Shown here piece by piece: positions 53,571 through 64,000 of a stretch of 64,000 nt of DNA; position 1 is the stretch's first letter, and each line of letters starts with the position of its first letter. The translations under genes were made by a program, and so were the position numbers. This stretch comes from an uncultured Burkholderiales bacterium (GTDB taxonomy: Bacteria; Pseudomonadota; Gammaproteobacteria; Burkholderiales; JAEUOS01). The stretch lies in assembly GCA_964443245.1 (NCBI GenBank), contig CAYUEG010000001.1:34526-98525 (forward strand), in the 5' to 3' direction. The notes below the pieces were generated by a model. It was not told the DNA's origin, did no database searches, and saw nothing but the letters and a program-made list of their open reading frames with translations.

Positions 53571-55736
53571 TCAGGCGACCTTGAAGCCGGCCACTGATTG
53601 CTTCAGTTCCTGGGCCAGTGCCGCCAGTTGTCGCACCGACTCTGCGGTCTGCTTGGTACCTGCCGCCGTCTGTTCGTTGATCTTCAGGATGCCTTCAATG
53701 TTCTTTGCCACCGTACCAGCCGATTGTGCCTGGGTGGAGGTGGTGGTCGAAATATTGTCAATCAGGCCGGAAAGCTGCCGCGACACATCACCGATCTCTG
53801 ACAGTGCCTGCCCGGCAGCATCAGAAAGCTTGGCTCCTTCGACCACACCCTGAGTCGACTTTTCCATCGCTGATACGGCATCCTGGGTATCCGTTTGAAT
53901 CGTCTTGACGATGGCGCCGATCTGTTTGGTCGCTTCCGCCGAGCGTTCTGCCAGCCGCTGCACCTCCTCGGCCACCACCGTGAAGCCCCGTCCCGCTTCA
54001 CCTGCGGACGCCGCCTGGATCGCCGCATTGAGCGCCAGCACGTTGGTTTGTTCCGTGATGTCCGAGATCAGTTCGACGATCTCGCCAATTTCCTGGGAGG
54101 ACTCGCCCAGGCGCTTGATGCGTTTGGAAGTTTCCTGGATCTGCTCGCGAATCTCGTTCATGCCGGAGATCGAGTTCTGCACCGCGGCCATGCCCTTCTC
54201 GGCGGCCATCAGCGATTGCCGCGCCACGTCGGCGGACTGCTTGGCGCCCAGGGAAACCTGGCCAATGTCGCCTGCCATCTTGAGGACCGATTCTCCCGTC
54301 TGGCGAATCTCGGTGGACTGCTGCTCCTGCGCTGCAAGCAGTTGTGCCGAGGTTTGCTGGGCGCTCTCCGATGCCGACGATACCTGCGCCGTCGCCTGGT
54401 TGATGCGCAACACCACGTTGCGCAACTCTTCAATCGTGAAGTTCACCGAGTCCGCAATGGCGCCGGTGATGTCTTCAGTCACCGTCGCCTGCACAGTGAG
54501 GTCGCCGTCGGCCACCTCGGCAAGTTCGTTCATCAGCCGCAAAATGGCGGCCTGGTTGGCGTTGTTCAGTTCCTTCGCCGCCTCTTCCTGGCGTTGCGCC
54601 GCCTCCCGCCGGCGCTCGGCCTCCTGCTCGCGTGAACGCTGGTCGGCCCGATACACCAGCAGCAGGAGATAAATCACCCCTGCAGCCAGCAAACCGAGTA
54701 CGATCATCGCGCCGAAGTTGAAACTGCGCCCGTCCAGCTGCGCCTGATAGGCAGCGCCCAGATCGGCCAGCGCATCCTTGAGCTTCTCGTTGTCATTGAA
54801 CACCGCCTGTGCCGACTGCTTGGCACTCACCAGACGCTGCATGTTGCCCAGGATGCCTGCCACCGCCGCCTGATAGCCGGCGAATGCCTTTTCCGCTTCG
54901 GCCAGACGCTCCTTGATTTCGCCGTCCGACGCTGCAGACAGGCGCATGGTCTCGCTGCCTTTGGTCAGACCGTTGAGCAGATCCCGGAAGGTATTGGTGT
55001 CCTTGCCCAAAAGAAACGCAACTTCGGGGTCAATCGTGTCGCCAGCCACCAGCGCATTGGCGTTCTTGGCCATGCGCTGAGTCAGCATCACCAACTGGCC
55101 CGAGGCGGAAAGCTCACGCGCACCCGCCCCTCCCTGCAACTTCAGCGCAGAGATCTGTTCGGCCAACTCCAGCAACTGGGGATTGTTCACATTGATCGCG
55201 CGGATCGATTGCGCCAGAAGCGTGACGTTGCGCTGTTGTTGCAACACGATCGAAGCGTTGGCTTCAGTGCGGGTCCATTCCGCCTTCACCTTGTCGAGTA
55301 CAGGCAGCACTGGGCCCGGGGTAGAGATCTTGTTGTCCCCCTCGCCGGAAAGCGCCTGCAGGTTCAGGGCGATCTTGTCGCGGCTTTCCTGCAACTGCTT
55401 GAAGCCGACAGGATTGCCCTGCAAGGCATTGGGCACCGCCTTGGCAAGGCGCTGCGAGTGCATCAGCGTGTCACCCGTGACCGACACGCCTGCCGTCAGC
55501 TGATTGGCTTGATTGATGTCGATCGCGATGATGGCACCGAGGATCAGAATCACCGCCATCAACAGCGTGACCAGCGCAGCATATTGCTGCGCCAGCGGAA
55601 GCTTTCCGATGACTGGCACGCCCGTGCCACCCCCAGCCGCGCCCGCAGAGGCGCCCATGGTTGTGGTGGCTGCAGCAGCCGACTCTTTCGATTGCGAAGC
55701 CTTTTTGCCGAACGGTAACTTGAGATTCAACGCCAT
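53571..55736 (-). CDS. pilJ: PilJ-type methyl-accepting chemotaxis protein
   Basis: Large periplasmic domain between two TM helices, and the MCP signalling hairpin ([38 protein letters not shown]). Confidence 0.9.
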   Translation of the reverse strand: MALNLKLPFGKKASQSKESAAAATTTMGASAGAAGGGTGVPVIGKLPLAQQYAALVTLLMAVILILGAIIAIDINQANQLTAGVSVTGDTLMHSQRLAKAVPNALQGNPVGFKQLQESRDKIALNLQALSGEGDNKISTPGPVLPVLDKVKAEWTRTEANASIVLQQQRNVTLLAQSIRAINVNNPQLLELAEQISALKLQGGAGARELSASGQLVMLTQRMAKNANALVAGDTIDPEVAFLLGKDTNTFRDLLNGLTKGSETMRLSAASDGEIKERLAEAEKAFAGYQAAVAGILGNMQRLVSAKQSAQAVFNDNEKLKDALADLGAAYQAQLDGRSFNFGAMIVLGLLAAGVIYLLLLVYRADQRSREQEAERRREAAQRQEEAAKELNNANQAAILRLMNELAEVADGDLTVQATVTEDITGAIADSVNFTIEELRNVVLRINQATAQVSSASESAQQTSAQLLAAQEQQSTEIRQTGESVLKMAGDIGQVSLGAKQSADVARQSLMAAEKGMAAVQNSISGMNEIREQIQETSKRIKRLGESSQEIGEIVELISDITEQTNVLALNAAIQAASAGEAGRGFTVVAEEVQRLAERSAEATKQIGAIVKTIQTDTQDAVSAMEKSTQGVVEGAKLSDAAGQALSEIGDVSRQLSGLIDNISTTTSTQAQSAGTVAKNIEGILKINEQTAAGTKQTAESVRQLAALAQELKQSVAGFKVA

Positions 55737-55762
55737 GATTCCTCCAACGCACGCGCAGTGCG

Positions 55763-56290
55763 CTAATTCCCAACATTCAAAAACTGCGAATCTTCGACCA
55801 GCCGCTCAAAATGCAATTCCTGCCACAGGCGCTCTTCACCGCCGGATGCGCCGGCCGCCTCTTTCCAGCGTTTGCCCGCCCACGCAGGCGCGTCGGCTTC
55901 CACCGCCTCGCTTTGCCCGGATGGGTTGCGCAGACCATGCATGCGGCCCACCAACAGCGCCGCATTGATTCCCAAGCGACTACCCGCCAGAACCAGGCGA
56001 TTGTCAGTACTGCGAGCGGTGGGTTCGCCGCCTGAAAATGCAGAAAAATCGACCACGCTGAACAAGCTGCCCCGAATATTGGCAACCCCAAGAAACCAGG
56101 GCTTTGTCAGCGGCACCGGCAACATTTCCGGTACAGGCAGGATCTCGCCCGCATCCTCCAGACCAATCAGCCAGAACCGCGACCCGCACTGCACCCCCAG
56201 CCGTGACGCACTTCCACCCTCGGTCCGCGCAGCAGAGATGCGCTGGGCGAGATCCTGCTGGAATTGCCTCAGGCTGAGCTTCGTTGCCAT
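55763..56290 (-). CDS. pilI: PilI, CheW-like coupling protein
   Basis: 175 aa CheW-fold protein between pilH and pilJ ([15 protein letters not shown]). Confidence 0.8.
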   Translation of the reverse strand: MATKLSLRQFQQDLAQRISAARTEGGSASRLGVQCGSRFWLIGLEDAGEILPVPEMLPVPLTKPWFLGVANIRGSLFSVVDFSAFSGGEPTARSTDNRLVLAGSRLGINAALLVGRMHGLRNPSGQSEAVEADAPAWAGKRWKEAAGASGGEERLWQELHFERLVEDSQFLNVGN

Positions 56291-56319
56291 CGCGGACTGG
56301 GGTTCAGTATCTGCAGGAA

Positions 56320-56685
56320 TCAGCCAAGAGTCGCGATCTTGGCGAACAGCTCATCCGGATTGACGGGCTTGACCAGATAAGCCTTGGCGCCCTGGCGCTC
56401 ACCCCAGACCTTGTCGGTTTCCTGGTCCTTGGTGGTGCACATGAAAATCGGGATATGTGCCGTCTCGGCTGCCTTCGTGATCTGGCGCGTCGCCTGAAAG
56501 CCATTCAGACCCGGCATCACGACGTCCATCAGGATCAGATCCGGCAATTCCTTGGCAGCTTTGGCGACGCCTTCTTCACCATTCTCAGCCGTGATCACCG
56601 TGTAACCCTTCTTGGTCAGCACGTCTTGCAGAAAAAACCGTTCGGTGGGGGAGTCATCGACCACCATGACTTTCTTGATTGGCAT
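56320..56685 (-). CDS. pilH: PilH response regulator (single REC domain)
   Basis: VMVVDDSPTE...MDVVMPGLNGFQATRQITK...TTKDQETDKVWGERQGAKAYLVKP closely parallels Pseudomonas PilH. Confidence 0.9.
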   Translation of the reverse strand: MPIKKVMVVDDSPTERFFLQDVLTKKGYTVITAENGEEGVAKAAKELPDLILMDVVMPGLNGFQATRQITKAAETAHIPIFMCTTKDQETDKVWGERQGAKAYLVKPVNPDELFAKIATLG

Positions 56686-56742
56686 GATTCGTTCCTGTCT
56701 TATGGATCAAGTTGGTGAACTGTGTTGGAGAATCCGTGAAGG

Positions 56743-57141
56743 CTACTTCGCCGGCGCGTGCGCGCCCACTGTCTTGAGCAAGCTGTCTTTGGTGAACGGC
56801 TTGGTAAGGTATTCGTCGGAACCGACCATGCGGCCGCGGGCCCGGTCGAACAAACCATCCTTGGAGGAAAGCATGATCACCGGGGTGCCCGCGAAACGGG
56901 CGTTCTTCTTGATCAGTGCGCAAGTCTGGTAACCGTCCAGACGCGGCATCATGATGTCGCAGAAGACCACGTCAGGGGCGTGGTCCGCAATCTTGGAGAG
57001 GGCATCAAACCCGTCCTCGGCCAGAATGACCTGGCATCCGGCCTGCAGCAAGAATATCTCGGCGCTGCGCCGAATGGTGTTCGAATCATCGATCACCATG
57101 ACCTTCACACCCGCCAGATTCGCCCCGTCCGCCATCCCCAT
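56743..57141 (-). CDS. pilG: PilG response regulator (single REC domain)
   Basis: VKVMVIDDSNTIRRSAE...CDIMMPRLDGYQTCALIKKN...VIMLSSKDGLFD...GSDEYLTKPF closely parallels Pseudomonas PilG. The start is ATG 57141 or 57135; the ORF-track GTG at 57168 is less likely. Confidence 0.9.
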   Translation of the reverse strand: MGMADGANLAGVKVMVIDDSNTIRRSAEIFLLQAGCQVILAEDGFDALSKIADHAPDVVFCDIMMPRLDGYQTCALIKKNARFAGTPVIMLSSKDGLFDRARGRMVGSDEYLTKPFTKDSLLKTVGAHAPAK

Positions 57142-57221
57142 CGTCTCCGAATCTTCCGGCCGGCTCACCCACCTGGTCCAGCTGGGCCAGCGTAGCCGCA
57201 GTCTTAGATTTCTTTCGCCAA

Positions 57222-57249
57222 ATTATACGCCGTGATATGAATATGTCAT
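57222..57249 (-). promoter_or_regulatory. Candidate sigma70 promoter for pilG
   Basis: On the minus strand: ATGACA (57244-57249, overlapping the rubredoxin stop), a 16-nt spacer, then TATAAT (57222-57227). Confidence 0.45.
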
Positions 57250-57422
57250 ATCTCGGTCATTTCAAAATCTTCCTTGCGCGCACCGCATTCCGGGCAGGTC
57301 CAGTTGATGGGCACATCCTGCCACCGGGTACCGGGCGCCAAGCCCTCATCGGGCGCTCCCTGTTCCTCGTCGTAGACCCAGCCGCAAATCAGGCACATCC
57401 AGGTTTTATAGCCGTTATCCAT
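57246..57422 (-). CDS. Rubredoxin
   Basis: 58 aa with two CxxC pairs: WMCLICGWVYDE...WTCPECGARKEDFE. I chose the internal ATG at 57422. Confidence 0.9.
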   Translation of the reverse strand: MDNGYKTWMCLICGWVYDEEQGAPDEGLAPGTRWQDVPINWTCPECGARKEDFEMTEI

Positions 57423-57598
57423 ATTTTTTCGATTTTCGCTCTGAAAAACACTAATTTTCGATAGAATGTACATCATAGCATCGGTTTTGGTCTCCTGTTT
57501 TTGCCTCGCATGCGGCCCTTTTCAGCCAAACCGTTTCTGTTTTTCCTCTACCCGGCTGCTGCCATTCCGGCCATGCCGCAGACCCCTAGAATGCATTC

Positions 57599-58483
57599 AT
57601 GACCTCCGGCCCTCCCGGCGCCATCGCGTCCCCTCCGATTGTGCTGGTGTTCGCCGGTTCCGACCCAACTGGCGGCGCCGGTTTGCAGGCGGATCTGCTG
57701 ACGCTGGCCAGCCTGGGCTGCCATGCGCTGACCGTGGTCACCACCATCACCGTGCAGGATTCCGAGCGCGTTGCAGCGGCGGACCCCGTCGACGCCGCGT
57801 GGGTCGAGGATCAGGCGCGGCAAGTGCTGGAAGACATGCGCGTCGACGCCTTCAAGATTGGCCTGATCGGCAGCCCCGAAAACGCTGCCACGATCGCCGA
57901 GATCGTCTCGGACTACCCAGATATCCCACTGATCCTCGATCCGGTTCTGGCGGCCGGCAATGGCGACGAACTGGCTGGCCAGGAATTGATCACCGTGATG
58001 CGCGAACTGTTGCTGCCGCAAACCACGATCCTGACCCCCAACAGCCTCGAAGCGCGGCGTCTGGTTGCGCCCGACACCGAGGATGAAGCCCCTGAGCTGG
58101 ATGCCTGCGCTGAACGCCTCTTGCAGCTGGGCAGCGAGTTTGTGCTCATCACCGGCACCCACGAGAATACCTCGCAGGTGGTCAACAATCTGTATGGCCC
58201 CGTTCCGGGCGCGGACGGCGAAGACGCCGAATCGGCTGGCACCGTCGGCCTCGTACGCAGCGATGCATGGACCCGCCTGCCCGGCAGCTACCATGGCTCC
58301 GGGTGCACCTTGGCCTCCGCCATTGCCGCGCTCATCGCCAATGGGCAAGACGTGCCCGATGCCGTTCGCGAAGCACAGGAATACACCTGGAACGCGCTCA
58401 AGCATGGCTTTCGCCCTGGCATGGGCCAATACATTCCGGACCGCTTCTTCTGGGCCCGGCTCAAAGCCGGCGAGGAAGAATGA
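57599..58483 (+). CDS. thiD: Hydroxymethylpyrimidine/phosphomethylpyrimidine kinase
   Basis: IVLVFAGSDPTGGAGLQADLLT...GSGCTLASAIAA. Confidence 0.9.
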   Translation: MTSGPPGAIASPPIVLVFAGSDPTGGAGLQADLLTLASLGCHALTVVTTITVQDSERVAAADPVDAAWVEDQARQVLEDMRVDAFKIGLIGSPENAATIAEIVSDYPDIPLILDPVLAAGNGDELAGQELITVMRELLLPQTTILTPNSLEARRLVAPDTEDEAPELDACAERLLQLGSEFVLITGTHENTSQVVNNLYGPVPGADGEDAESAGTVGLVRSDAWTRLPGSYHGSGCTLASAIAALIANGQDVPDAVREAQEYTWNALKHGFRPGMGQYIPDRFFWARLKAGEEE

Positions 58484-59121
58484 TGTCATCCGCGCGCACG
58501 CGCATCGCCGGGCTATACGCGATCACGCCGGAAATCGACGATACCGGTGCCCTGTTATCGCTGGTGCGCGCAGCGCTTGAGGGTGGCGCCCGCATCGTCC
58601 AGTATCGCAACAAGCAGTCGAACGGCGCGCGCAGACTGGAGCATGCGCTCGGCCTTTCCGCGTTATGCGCGCACCTGGGTGCCACGTTCATCATCAATGA
58701 CGACGTCGCACTGGCACGGGAAGTCGATGCCGACGGCGTGCACCTGGGCAAGACGGACGGTGACCTCAGGGCCGCACGCAAACAACTCGGCCCGCGCAAA
58801 TTGCTGGGCGCCTCCTGCTACAACCAGGTTGAGCTGGCCCGCGATGCCGTGGCGCAAGGCGCAGACCATATCGCCTTCGGCAGCGTATTCGTCTCCTCCA
58901 CCAAACCAGGGGCCGTGCGCGCCGAACTGGCGCTCTTCGCACAAGCACGCGCATTGGGTGTGCCGATGGTGGCCATCGGCGGCATCACGCATGACAATGC
59001 GTCTGCCGTCGTGGCGGCGGGTGCCGATGCAGTTGCCGTCATTTCCGATTTGTTCAGCGCACCCGATGTCCGCGTGCGCGCCAAGCAATTTTCCTCCCTG
59101 TTTTTGCCCCGAACCCCATGA
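58480..59121 (+). CDS. thiE: Thiamine-phosphate synthase
   Basis: GLYAITPE...VQYRNK...GADGVHLG...IGGI. ATGA overlaps with thiD and with hemL. Confidence 0.9.
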   Translation: MMSSARTRIAGLYAITPEIDDTGALLSLVRAALEGGARIVQYRNKQSNGARRLEHALGLSALCAHLGATFIINDDVALAREVDADGVHLGKTDGDLRAARKQLGPRKLLGASCYNQVELARDAVAQGADHIAFGSVFVSSTKPGAVRAELALFAQARALGVPMVAIGGITHDNASAVVAAGADAVAVISDLFSAPDVRVRAKQFSSLFLPRTP

Positions 59122-60407
59122 CCACCCAAAAGACCAACGAAACCCTGTTTGCACGTGCCCAGAACATTGTTCCCGGCGGCGTCAACTCCCCCGTGCGCGC
59201 CTTCCGCTCGGTCGGCGGCACGCCGCGCTTCATCACCAGAGGAGCGGGCGCCTACGTGTGGGATGTCACCGGCAAGCGCTATATCGACTACGTTGGCTCG
59301 TGGGGGCCGCTGATTCTCGGCCATGCCCATCCCGCCGTGGTCAGGGCTGTGCAGGAGGCGGCAGTCAACGGCCTCTCCTACGGCATGCCCACCGAAGCGG
59401 AGATCGAGATCGCCGAGCTGGTGTGCAAGCTGGTGCCTTCGATGGAGCGCGTACGTTTTGTCAGTTCCGGAACCGAGGCCGCGATGACGGCCATCCGGCT
59501 GGCGCGCGGCGCCACTGGCCGTTCCAAGATCATCAAGTTTGAAGGCTGCTACCACGGCCACGCCGATTCGCTTCTGGTCAAGGCCGGCTCGGGTCTGCTC
59601 ACCTTCGGCAATCCCAGTTCCGCCGGCGTGCCGCCGGAAGTCACCCAGCACACGCTGGTGCTCGATTTCAACAACCCGCAGCAGCTGATCGACGCTTTCA
59701 AAACCCATGGCAAGGACATTGCATGCGTGATCGTCGAACCGGTGGCCGGCAACATGAACCTGGTGCCCGGCACGGCCGAGTTTCTCAACACCATGCGCTC
59801 GCTGTGCACACAGTACGGCGCCATGTGCGTATTCGACGAAGTGATGACCGGCTTTCGCGTGGCCTTGAACGGCGCGCAATCCCTGTACGGCATCACGCCC
59901 GATGTGACCGTGCTGGGCAAAGTGATTGGTGGCGGCATGCCGGTGGCGGCGCTGGGTGGTCGGCGTGAAGTCATGGAGCATCTCTCGCCATTGGGCAATG
60001 TCTACCAGGCCGGCACGCTTTCGGGCAATCCGGTTTCGGTGGCCGCCGGATTGGCGACGTTGAAGGAAATCCAGAAGCCCGGCTTTTACGAAGCGCTGTC
60101 GGCGCGCACCGCCGCTTTCGCGGAAGGGATCAATCAGGCTGCGAAGCGCACCCACCAAGGGTTTTCGGCCGCCGCCGTGGGCGGCATGTTCGGCATCTTT
60201 GCCAGCCCCAGGCCCCCGGCCAGCTACGCCGAGGTGATGCAGGCAGACAAGGAACGCTTCAACCGCTGGTTCCACCACATGCTGGACGCGGGGGTGCATC
60301 TGGCGCCATCCGCCTACGAAGCCGGTTTCGTCTCGGCCGCCCACACGGAAGAGGACATTGCCGCCACCCTCAAGGCGGCCGAGGCAGGATTCGCCGCACT
60401 TGGCTGA
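59118..60407 (+). CDS. hemL: Glutamate-1-semialdehyde 2,1-aminomutase
   Basis: [20 protein letters not shown]...[10 protein letters not shown]...LGKVIGGG. Confidence 0.95.
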   Translation: MTTQKTNETLFARAQNIVPGGVNSPVRAFRSVGGTPRFITRGAGAYVWDVTGKRYIDYVGSWGPLILGHAHPAVVRAVQEAAVNGLSYGMPTEAEIEIAELVCKLVPSMERVRFVSSGTEAAMTAIRLARGATGRSKIIKFEGCYHGHADSLLVKAGSGLLTFGNPSSAGVPPEVTQHTLVLDFNNPQQLIDAFKTHGKDIACVIVEPVAGNMNLVPGTAEFLNTMRSLCTQYGAMCVFDEVMTGFRVALNGAQSLYGITPDVTVLGKVIGGGMPVAALGGRREVMEHLSPLGNVYQAGTLSGNPVSVAAGLATLKEIQKPGFYEALSARTAAFAEGINQAAKRTHQGFSAAAVGGMFGIFASPRPPASYAEVMQADKERFNRWFHHMLDAGVHLAPSAYEAGFVSAAHTEEDIAATLKAAEAGFAALG

Positions 60408-60489
60408 GCATGCCTGACCGGAGCCGGGGCGGCTGCTGCCACGCCGCCCGTCGCTGCGGCGCGGGCGCGAGCCGTCCGCTTTCCGCCTC

Positions 60490-61998
60490 CTATACCAGGA
60501 ACAGCGTGGCCAGCCCGAGAAAAATGAAGAATCCCATGGTGTCGGTGGCGAAGGTCAGCAGCACCGACGAGCCAACCGCCGGGTCACGACCCATGCGATG
60601 CCGGATCAGCGGCACCACCATGCCGATGGTAGCGCCCACCAGCAGATTGAGCACCATCGCCGCCATCATCACCAGCCCCAGACTCAAGCGCATTGAAATC
60701 GCATAGGCAAAGAGGCCGGCAATCAGGCCCCCGCCGATGCCAATCAGGCAGGCTGTCGCCAGCTCCTTGGTCACCAGCCGGCGTACATTCGCACGGGTGA
60801 TCTGGCCCAGCGCCAGGGCGCGAATGATCAGCGTCATCGTCTGATTGCCGGAATTGCCGGCAATCCCCGCCACGATCGACATCAGGAAGGCCAGCATCAC
60901 GATCTGGCTTACCGTGCCTTCGAAGCGCGAGGCCACGTAGGAGGCCACGGCCGCCGTGATCAGGTTGAGGAACAGCCAGGGCGCGCGGTTCTTCACCGAC
61001 CGGCTGATCGGCGCAAAAATATCTTCTTCTTCCTTCAAGCCCGCCTGCGAGAGGGCTGCCTCGTCCTGGGATTCGCGGATGAAGTCCATCACTTCGTTCA
61101 CCGTCACCCGGCCGATCAGCTTGTTGTCGGCATCCACCACAGGCGCCGACACCAGGTCATACCGCTCGAACGCCTGTGCGGCCTCGTCCGCCTTGTCCCA
61201 CGGATTCAAGGTCAGCATGTCCGAGGTCATCACCTCGCTGACCAGGGTGTCTGCATCCGTGACGAGGAGCTTGTTGATCGGCAACGCGCCCTTCAGGGTC
61301 GCGTCGCGCCCGACCACGAACACCTGGTCAGTCAGGTCCGGCAGCTCATCAAGGCGCCGCAGGTAACGCAGCACCACTTCGAGCGTGACATCCTCGCGCA
61401 CCTCGACCATCTCGAAATCCATCAGCGCGCCCACCGCATCGTCCGGGTAGGACATCGCCGCGCGTAGTTGCTCGCGCTCTTCCTGGGAAAGGCCTTCGCG
61501 CACCTCCTCAATCACCTCGCGCGGCAGGTCCTCGGCAATATCTGCCAATTCGTCGGCATCGAGGGTCTCGGCCGCCGCCACCAGGTCTTCGCGATCCATC
61601 GAGTCGATCAGCGTCTCGCGCACCGAATCGGATACCTCGACCAGGATGTCGCCGTCGCGTTCGGCCGTCTTGATCAGACTCCACAGCACCAGCCGGTCGT
61701 CAAGCGGCAGGCCTTCGAGCACATAGGCGATGTCGGCCGGGTGGAGTTCCTCCAGCCGGCGGCTCAGTTCGTCCAGAATCGGCTGCACGGCCGGGTTGGG
61801 TGCCGCGTGTTCGATGCCCGCTTCCGCATCGCTTTCGGCCGCCGTGATCTCAATCAGCCGGTAGCGCGCCAACAGGCCCTGTGCCTCCTCAAGCGCTTCC
61901 TGCGCCTGGTCGGCTTCCATGGGCTCGGCCTTCGGCTCCACCCTGGATTCCGACAGGTCGGCAGCTTTGCTGGGTTCGAGGAGCTTGGGATCGGTCAT
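60490..61998 (-). CDS. mgtE: Magnesium transporter MgtE
   Basis: MgtE N-domain, tandem CBS domains and the TM domain (GNSGNQTMTL...ATDTMGFFIFLGLA). Confidence 0.9.
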   Translation of the reverse strand: MTDPKLLEPSKAADLSESRVEPKAEPMEADQAQEALEEAQGLLARYRLIEITAAESDAEAGIEHAAPNPAVQPILDELSRRLEELHPADIAYVLEGLPLDDRLVLWSLIKTAERDGDILVEVSDSVRETLIDSMDREDLVAAAETLDADELADIAEDLPREVIEEVREGLSQEEREQLRAAMSYPDDAVGALMDFEMVEVREDVTLEVVLRYLRRLDELPDLTDQVFVVGRDATLKGALPINKLLVTDADTLVSEVMTSDMLTLNPWDKADEAAQAFERYDLVSAPVVDADNKLIGRVTVNEVMDFIRESQDEAALSQAGLKEEEDIFAPISRSVKNRAPWLFLNLITAAVASYVASRFEGTVSQIVMLAFLMSIVAGIAGNSGNQTMTLIIRALALGQITRANVRRLVTKELATACLIGIGGGLIAGLFAYAISMRLSLGLVMMAAMVLNLLVGATIGMVVPLIRHRMGRDPAVGSSVLLTFATDTMGFFIFLGLATLFLV

Positions 61999-62082
61999 GG
62001 CGAGCGGGATTTTAGGCGCTTGCCCCCAGCCTGACCAATGAATTTTTCGTGACGCGCCCCGGAGTGGAAGCGTAATGGCAGT

Positions 62083-62802
62083 TCAGGGCGCCTCTACCTG
62101 GGCCATACGCTGCAGGATCACCGGGATGCGTTTGGCCAGGTAAGCCGAGTTGCGATTGCGATCATAAAACTGCGGGCGCGGCAGCATCGCTGCCAGTCGG
62201 GCCGCCTGTTCCGGCGACAACTGGGCCGCGCTGATGCCAAAGTAATGGCGCGATGCTGCTTCGGCGCCGAACACGCCAACTCCCCATTCGACCACGTTGA
62301 GGTAAATCTCGAGGATGCGATCCTTCTCCATCTGTGATTCGATCATCCAGGTGATGACGGCTTCCTGACCCTTGCGCAGGTAGCTGCGCTCCCCGGAAAG
62401 AAACAGGTTCTTGGCCAGCTGCTGGGTGATGGTCGATCCGCCCGCGACGACCTTGCCTTTCTTCTGGTTCTTCTTCAGCGCCTCTTCAATGCCTTTCCAG
62501 TCGAAACCCTCGTGGTCGACAAACGACGTGTCCTCGGCGGCAATCACGGCGAGCTTCAGGTGTTTCGAAATGCCGCGGTAGGGCACCCACTGGTGCTTCA
62601 GGCGCGCCGAAGCATCCTTCTGCCGCAATGCGGACAGGCGCTGCTCCATGAAGCTGGTCGAGGCCGGATTGTGGTCAATCCACCACCAGATGCGACCGTA
62701 CAGCGAAGCCTGCCAGACACAAAAGAGCAACAGGATCGCAAGCAGGCTCCAGAGCATGAAGCGCACCAGGCGTTGCCACCAGGTGCGGCGTGGTGCCTTC
62801 AT
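62083..62802 (-). CDS. mtgA: Monofunctional biosynthetic peptidoglycan transglycosylase
   Basis: N-terminal TM helix and GT51 motifs AAEDTSFVDHEGFD and GGSTITQQLAKN. Confidence 0.9.
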   Translation of the reverse strand: MKAPRRTWWQRLVRFMLWSLLAILLLFCVWQASLYGRIWWWIDHNPASTSFMEQRLSALRQKDASARLKHQWVPYRGISKHLKLAVIAAEDTSFVDHEGFDWKGIEEALKKNQKKGKVVAGGSTITQQLAKNLFLSGERSYLRKGQEAVITWMIESQMEKDRILEIYLNVVEWGVGVFGAEAASRHYFGISAAQLSPEQAARLAAMLPRPQFYDRNRNSAYLAKRIPVILQRMAQVEAP

Positions 62803-62869
62803 GCGTCCAAGCCAGGGCCGGAGTCGGGAAACGGCCGCAAAGCGTTGTGTCCCAACGGTTCTGGCATGG

Positions 62870-64000
62870 TCAGCCAGTCAGGGCGCGCATGCGCTTGGTG
62901 ATCGCCAGGTCGTCTGCCGGGTAGCGGCTGATGACTTCGGCCACCGCCTCGGCCGTGAGCGGCTCGGACACCAGGTAACCCTGAAACTCGTCGCAACCGT
63001 GCTCGCGCAGCGTCCTGAACTGCTCTTGCGTCTCGACACCTTCGGCCAGCACGGTCAGGTTCAAGGTCCTGCCCATTTGCACAATCGCATGCGCGATCGC
63101 CACATCATCGGCATCATGCTGGATGTCTCGGATGAACGTGCGATCGATCTTCAGCTTGTCGATGTGATAGCGCTTCAGGTAGCTGAGTGAGGAATAGCCG
63201 GTGCCGAAATCGTCGATCGACAGCTTGACGCCCATGGCGCGCAGCTTTTCGAACTTCTCACTGACCTGTGCGCTGCCCGAGAGCAGCACACCTTCGGTCA
63301 GCTCCACTTCCAGATACTTTCCTTCCAGACCACTCTGCCGCAATACCCGCTCCACATCGGCCACGATGTTGCCGTTCCTGAACTGCATCGGCGATACATT
63401 CACCGCCACCGGCAAGGGTGGCATGCCGGCGTCTTGCCAGGTCTTGTTCTGACGGCAGGCTTCGGCCAGCACCCAGCGGCCGATCGAGGCAATCAGGCCA
63501 CGTTCTTCGGCAAAACCGATGAAGTCATTGGGTGACGTCAGGCTGCCGTCCTCCCGGCGCCAGCGCACCAGGGCTTCCACACCGGTGAGCTGATTGGTGG
63601 CCATGCTGATTTGCGGCTGGTAATGGAGCACGAAATCGCCGCGGCGCACCGCCTCGCGCAACGCCGCCTCCTTCTCCAGGGCCTCGAACGCCGCCGTCGA
63701 AAGGGCCTCGGTAAAAAACTGATACTGCCCGCGTCCGCTCTGCTTGGCCAGGTACATCGCGCTGTCGGCATGGCGGATCAGCTCGCCCGGCGCTTCACCA
63801 TCGCGCGGGAAGATGCTGATGCCAAGTGAAGGAGATACCGCAACTTCATGCCCGTCGATCTGCAGCGGTTGCGCCACCGCAGCCAGGATCTTGGCAGCCA
63901 CCGCAGCCGCCGCATGGGGATCGTCCAGGCCCCCCAGCACCACGATGAACTCATCGCCGCCCTGCCGCGCCACCAGGTCCGAATCGCGCACCGAGGCTGC
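62870..64000 (-). CDS. GGDEF-EAL domain protein (C-terminal part; the gene continues beyond the window)
   Basis: RQGGDEFIVVL at the end of a GGDEF domain, followed by a complete EAL domain (EALVRW...DDFGTGYSSLSYLK). There is no in-frame stop up to base 64000. Confidence 0.85.
   Translation of the reverse strand, partial: AASVRDSDLVARQGGDEFIVVLGGLDDPHAAAAVAAKILAAVAQPLQIDGHEVAVSPSLGISIFPRDGEAPGELIRHADSAMYLAKQSGRGQYQFFTEALSTAAFEALEKEAALREAVRRGDFVLHYQPQISMATNQLTGVEALVRWRREDGSLTSPNDFIGFAEERGLIASIGRWVLAEACRQNKTWQDAGMPPLPVAVNVSPMQFRNGNIVADVERVLRQSGLEGKYLEVELTEGVLLSGSAQVSEKFEKLRAMGVKLSIDDFGTGYSSLSYLKRYHIDKLKIDRTFIRDIQHDADDVAIAHAIVQMGRTLNLTVLAEGVETQEQFRTLREHGCDEFQGYLVSEPLTAEAVAEVISRYPADDLAITKRMRALTG

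Noticed and set aside
57477-57598. TPP riboswitch or leaderless transcript for thiD
   Set aside because: The conserved THI-box elements (CTGAGA ... ACCTGATCTGGATAATGCCAGCG-like) are absent. A TAGAAT hexamer 6 nt before the ATG hints at a leaderless mRNA, but the -35 region is poor, so the evidence is too weak to call.
58818-60344. 508-aa ORF antisense to thiE/hemL; similar cases at 45134-46120, 38188-39693 and 27373-28467
   Set aside because: All lie opposite strongly recognisable housekeeping genes (hemL, cpoB, ruvB, prfC) and translate to low-complexity, Arg-rich sequence.
60426-60455. GC-rich hairpin GGGCGGC-N9-GCCGCCC between hemL and mgtE as a terminator
   Set aside because: There is no U-tract on either side. 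It may still form a structure, but it cannot be called an intrinsic terminator from sequence alone.

Overview
High-GC chromosomal window with betaproteobacterial-type gene content and order; the exact taxon cannot be determined from the sequence alone. I call about 50 protein genes and one tRNA-Lys, and see no IS element, prophage or CRISPR array. Most of the window is core genome: coaBC 3' end, an LLM oxidoreductase, an acyl-CoA ligase, an M61 peptidase, sucCD-terC, recX-recA-pncC-pgpA-thiL-nusB-ribH-ribBA, prfC, the alpha-2-macroglobulin/pbpC pair, ruvAB plus a rhomboid, ybgC-tolQRAB-pal-cpoB, yeeE, tRNA-Lys, a Pil-Chp chemosensory cluster (rubredoxin-pilGHIJ-chpA), thiDE-hemL, mgtE, mtgA and a partial GGDEF-EAL gene. 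The stand-out is a tightly packed eight-gene minus-strand operon (17341 to 4704). In order it encodes a CHASE2 Ser/Thr kinase, a PP2C phosphatase, a double-FHA protein, a CHASE2 class III cyclase, a class II cyclic-nucleotide phosphodiesterase, a CNB-rhodanese protein, a GAF-fused GspE/PilB-family ATPase with no secretion or pilus partners nearby, and a GAF-fused HD-GYP phosphodiesterase. I read it as a self-contained circuit linking pThr signalling and cAMP/cGMP to c-di-GMP turnover and a motor ATPase; I do not know of a characterised equivalent and cannot search databases here. Secondary observations include a secreted Lys/Ala-rich repeat protein with a perfect palindromic operator next to A2M-pbpC, a ybgC with no canonical start codon upstream of its catalytic motif, and an SD-sequestering inverted repeat inside the signalling operon. 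The many long antisense ORFs in the six-frame track look like high-GC artefacts.
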